From Leucoraja ocellata (taxonomy: Eukaryota), in contig JAWMAR010000203.1 of assembly GCA_036785375.1 (NCBI GenBank), positions 3,968,001 through 4,032,000 of the forward strand: 64,000 nt of DNA, read 5' to 3'. Below are positions 61,820 through 64,000 of this stretch, one piece after another. The stretch's first letter is position 1; every line of letters begins with the position of its first letter. The notes beneath the pieces were generated by a model. The model was given only the letters and a program-made list of their open reading frames with translations, was not told the DNA's origin and searched no databases. A program made the position numbers and the translations under genes.

Positions 61820-63505
61820 AAAACATAGAAACATAGAAAATAGGTGCAGGAGTAGGCCATTCAGCCCTTCGAGCCTGCACCGCCATTCAATATGATCATG
61901 GCTGATCATCCAACTCAGTATCCTGTACCTTCCTTCTCTCCATACCCCCTGATCCCTTTAGCCACAAGGGCCACATCTAACTCCCTCTTAAATATAGCCA
62001 ATAAACTGGCCTCAACTACCTTCTGTGGCAGAGAATTCCAGAGATTCACCACTCTCTGTGTGAAAAATGTTTTTCTCATCTCGGTCCTAAAATATTTCCC
62101 CCTTATCCTTATTCTGTGACCTCTTGTTCTGGACTTCCCCAACATCGGGAACAATCTTCCTGCATCTAGCCTGTCCAACCCCCTTAAGAATTTTGTAAGT
62201 TTCTATTAGATCCCCCCTCAATCTTCTATATTCTAGCGAGTACAAACTGAATCTATCCAGTCTTTCTTCATGTGAAAGTCCTACCATTCCAGGATACAGT
62301 CTGGTGAACCTTCTCTGTACTCCCTCTATGGCAAGAATGTATTTCTGCATATTAGGAGACTAAAACTACACAATACTCCAGTAGAACCTCCCTGCTCCTA
62401 TACTCAAATCCTTTTGCTATGAATGCTAACATACCATTCACTTTCTTCACTGCCTGCTGTACCTGCATGCCTACTTTCAATGACTGGTGTACCATGACAC
62501 CCAGGTCTCGTTGCATCTCCTCTTTTCCTAATCGGCCACCATTCAGATAATAGTCTACTTTCCTGTTCTTGCTACTGAAGTGGATAACCTCACATTTATC
62601 CACATTATCCTGCATCTGCCATGCATTTGCCCACTAACCCAACCTATCCAAGTCACCTTGCAGCCTCCTAGCATCCTCCTCACAGCTAACACTGCCCCCC
62701 AACTTCGTGTCATCCGCAAACTTGGAGATGTTACATTCAATTCTTCGTCCAAATCATTAATATATATTGTAAATAGCTGGGGTCCCAGCACTGAGCCTTG
62801 CGGTACCCCACTAGTCACTGCCTGCCATTCTGAGAAGGACCCGTTTACTCCTACACTTTGCTTCCTGTTTGCCAGCCAGTTCTCTATCCACATCAATACT
62901 GAACCCCCAATACCGTGTGCTTTACGTTTGCATACTAATTTGTTACGTGGGACCTTGTCAAAAGCCTTCTGGAACTCCAGATATAAGTCGTCAAGTCACT
63001 TTTATTTATATAGCACATTAAAAAAACAACTCTCGTTGGTCAAAGTGCTTTACATTTGTTATAAGAATAAACAAACAAACTACATACATATATACATATA
63101 GCCCTCGCTCAGTGGGCTTCAGGAAAGGCTTGGGAGTATATATAATTTTTAGTCTTGACTTAAAGGAGTCGATGGAGGGGGCAGTTCTGATGGGAAGGGG
63201 GATGCTGTAACACATCCACTGGTTCTCCCTTATCCACTCTACTAGTTACATCCTCGAAAAATCCTATAAGATTCTTCAGACATGATTTACCTTTCATAAA
63301 TCCATGCTGACTTTGTCCAATGATTTCACCACTTTCCAAATGTGCTGCTATCCCATCTTTAATAACTGAATCTAACATCGATAGTGGGGAAAATGCTAGA
63401 CTAACTGGTCTGTAATTCCCCGTTTTCTCTCTCTCTCCCTCCCTTTTTAAAAGTGGGGTTACATTAGCTACCCTCCAATCCTCAGGAACTATTCCAGATT
63501 CCAGG
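61820..63505 (-). mobile_element. CR1 LINE RT and 3' end, interrupted near 62985-63210 by another LINE 3' fragment
   Basis: ORFs 63160-63531, 62555-62896, 62352-62615 and 61915-62178. Confidence 0.9.
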
Positions 63506-63509
63506 TTTG

Positions 63510-64000
63510 GCTGCCTGGGCAGCGGTTCCATTGGGGAAGAAAAAGCCTCTAGAGTCTCAAAAGGGGTGAGAACTGCATATCCTGCTCAGATGCACTCAGC
63601 ACATGGGCGGGTGGGGGCCGCATTGGTGAATAGGACCATATCCCTTTGACGGGGTTAAGAGCCAGGGCTCATTGGAAGGTTAAACTAGGTTTGGATGTGA
63701 CCTCCTAGCTGGCTCTTCTAGCGGCAGTAAATTGGGTAGCCGCAGAATTTGGGAGCAGAGTTACTGCATGGGGGACCAAAACAGTGCGAGGGTGATCTAA
63801 CACTAGAGGGCGGATTCCTCCACCTTAATTGCAGTGGCGGTGACAGCACGTAAACAATCAGGCCTGCCCATTACAACAGGTCGTGGCTGAACAGAATGAT
63901 GCGCGACAGGATTCATGAGACTACTGTGGTTCTGAGTCAGTCTGGTGTTGGCAAAACGTTGTTTATTGTTCACAACAAGAGAAAAGAGATGCCATAAAAG
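63510..64000 (-). mobile_element. ERV pol RT-connection fragment
   Basis: Manual translation TVLVPHAVTLL...FTAARR...LNP, resembling gamma/epsilon-retroviral pol; collinear with the RNase H and integrase pieces. Confidence 0.55.

Overview
Eukaryotic vertebrate DNA, most likely an elasmobranch (skate/ray/shark), inferred from the HE1-type V-SINEs and shark-type CR1 LINEs. Most of the window is interspersed repeats: CR1, Rex1/Babar, Penelope, Tc1, pogo/Tigger-like, hAT, Harbinger-like and Kolobok-like DNA elements, a solo LTR and fragments of an ERV pol, often nested several deep. One host gene can be assembled on the minus strand from four phase-compatible exons: signal peptide 37537-37582, IgV 18561-18899, IgC 17232-17495 and terminal exon 16192-16244. 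It encodes a 233-aa B7/butyrophilin-like V-C protein with no transmembrane segment and an IgV domain lacking the canonical F-strand cysteine. The most unexplained non-repeat signal is a minus-strand unit at about 9786-10310: octamer, CCAAT, TATA and Inr-like motifs at typical spacing precede a ~370-nt hairpin-rich sequence whose two ends base-pair, a candidate uncharacterised structured RNA gene. Penelope terminal repeats carry hammerhead-ribozyme cores. All calls are from manual reading; no searches were run, and many repeat boundaries are approximate.
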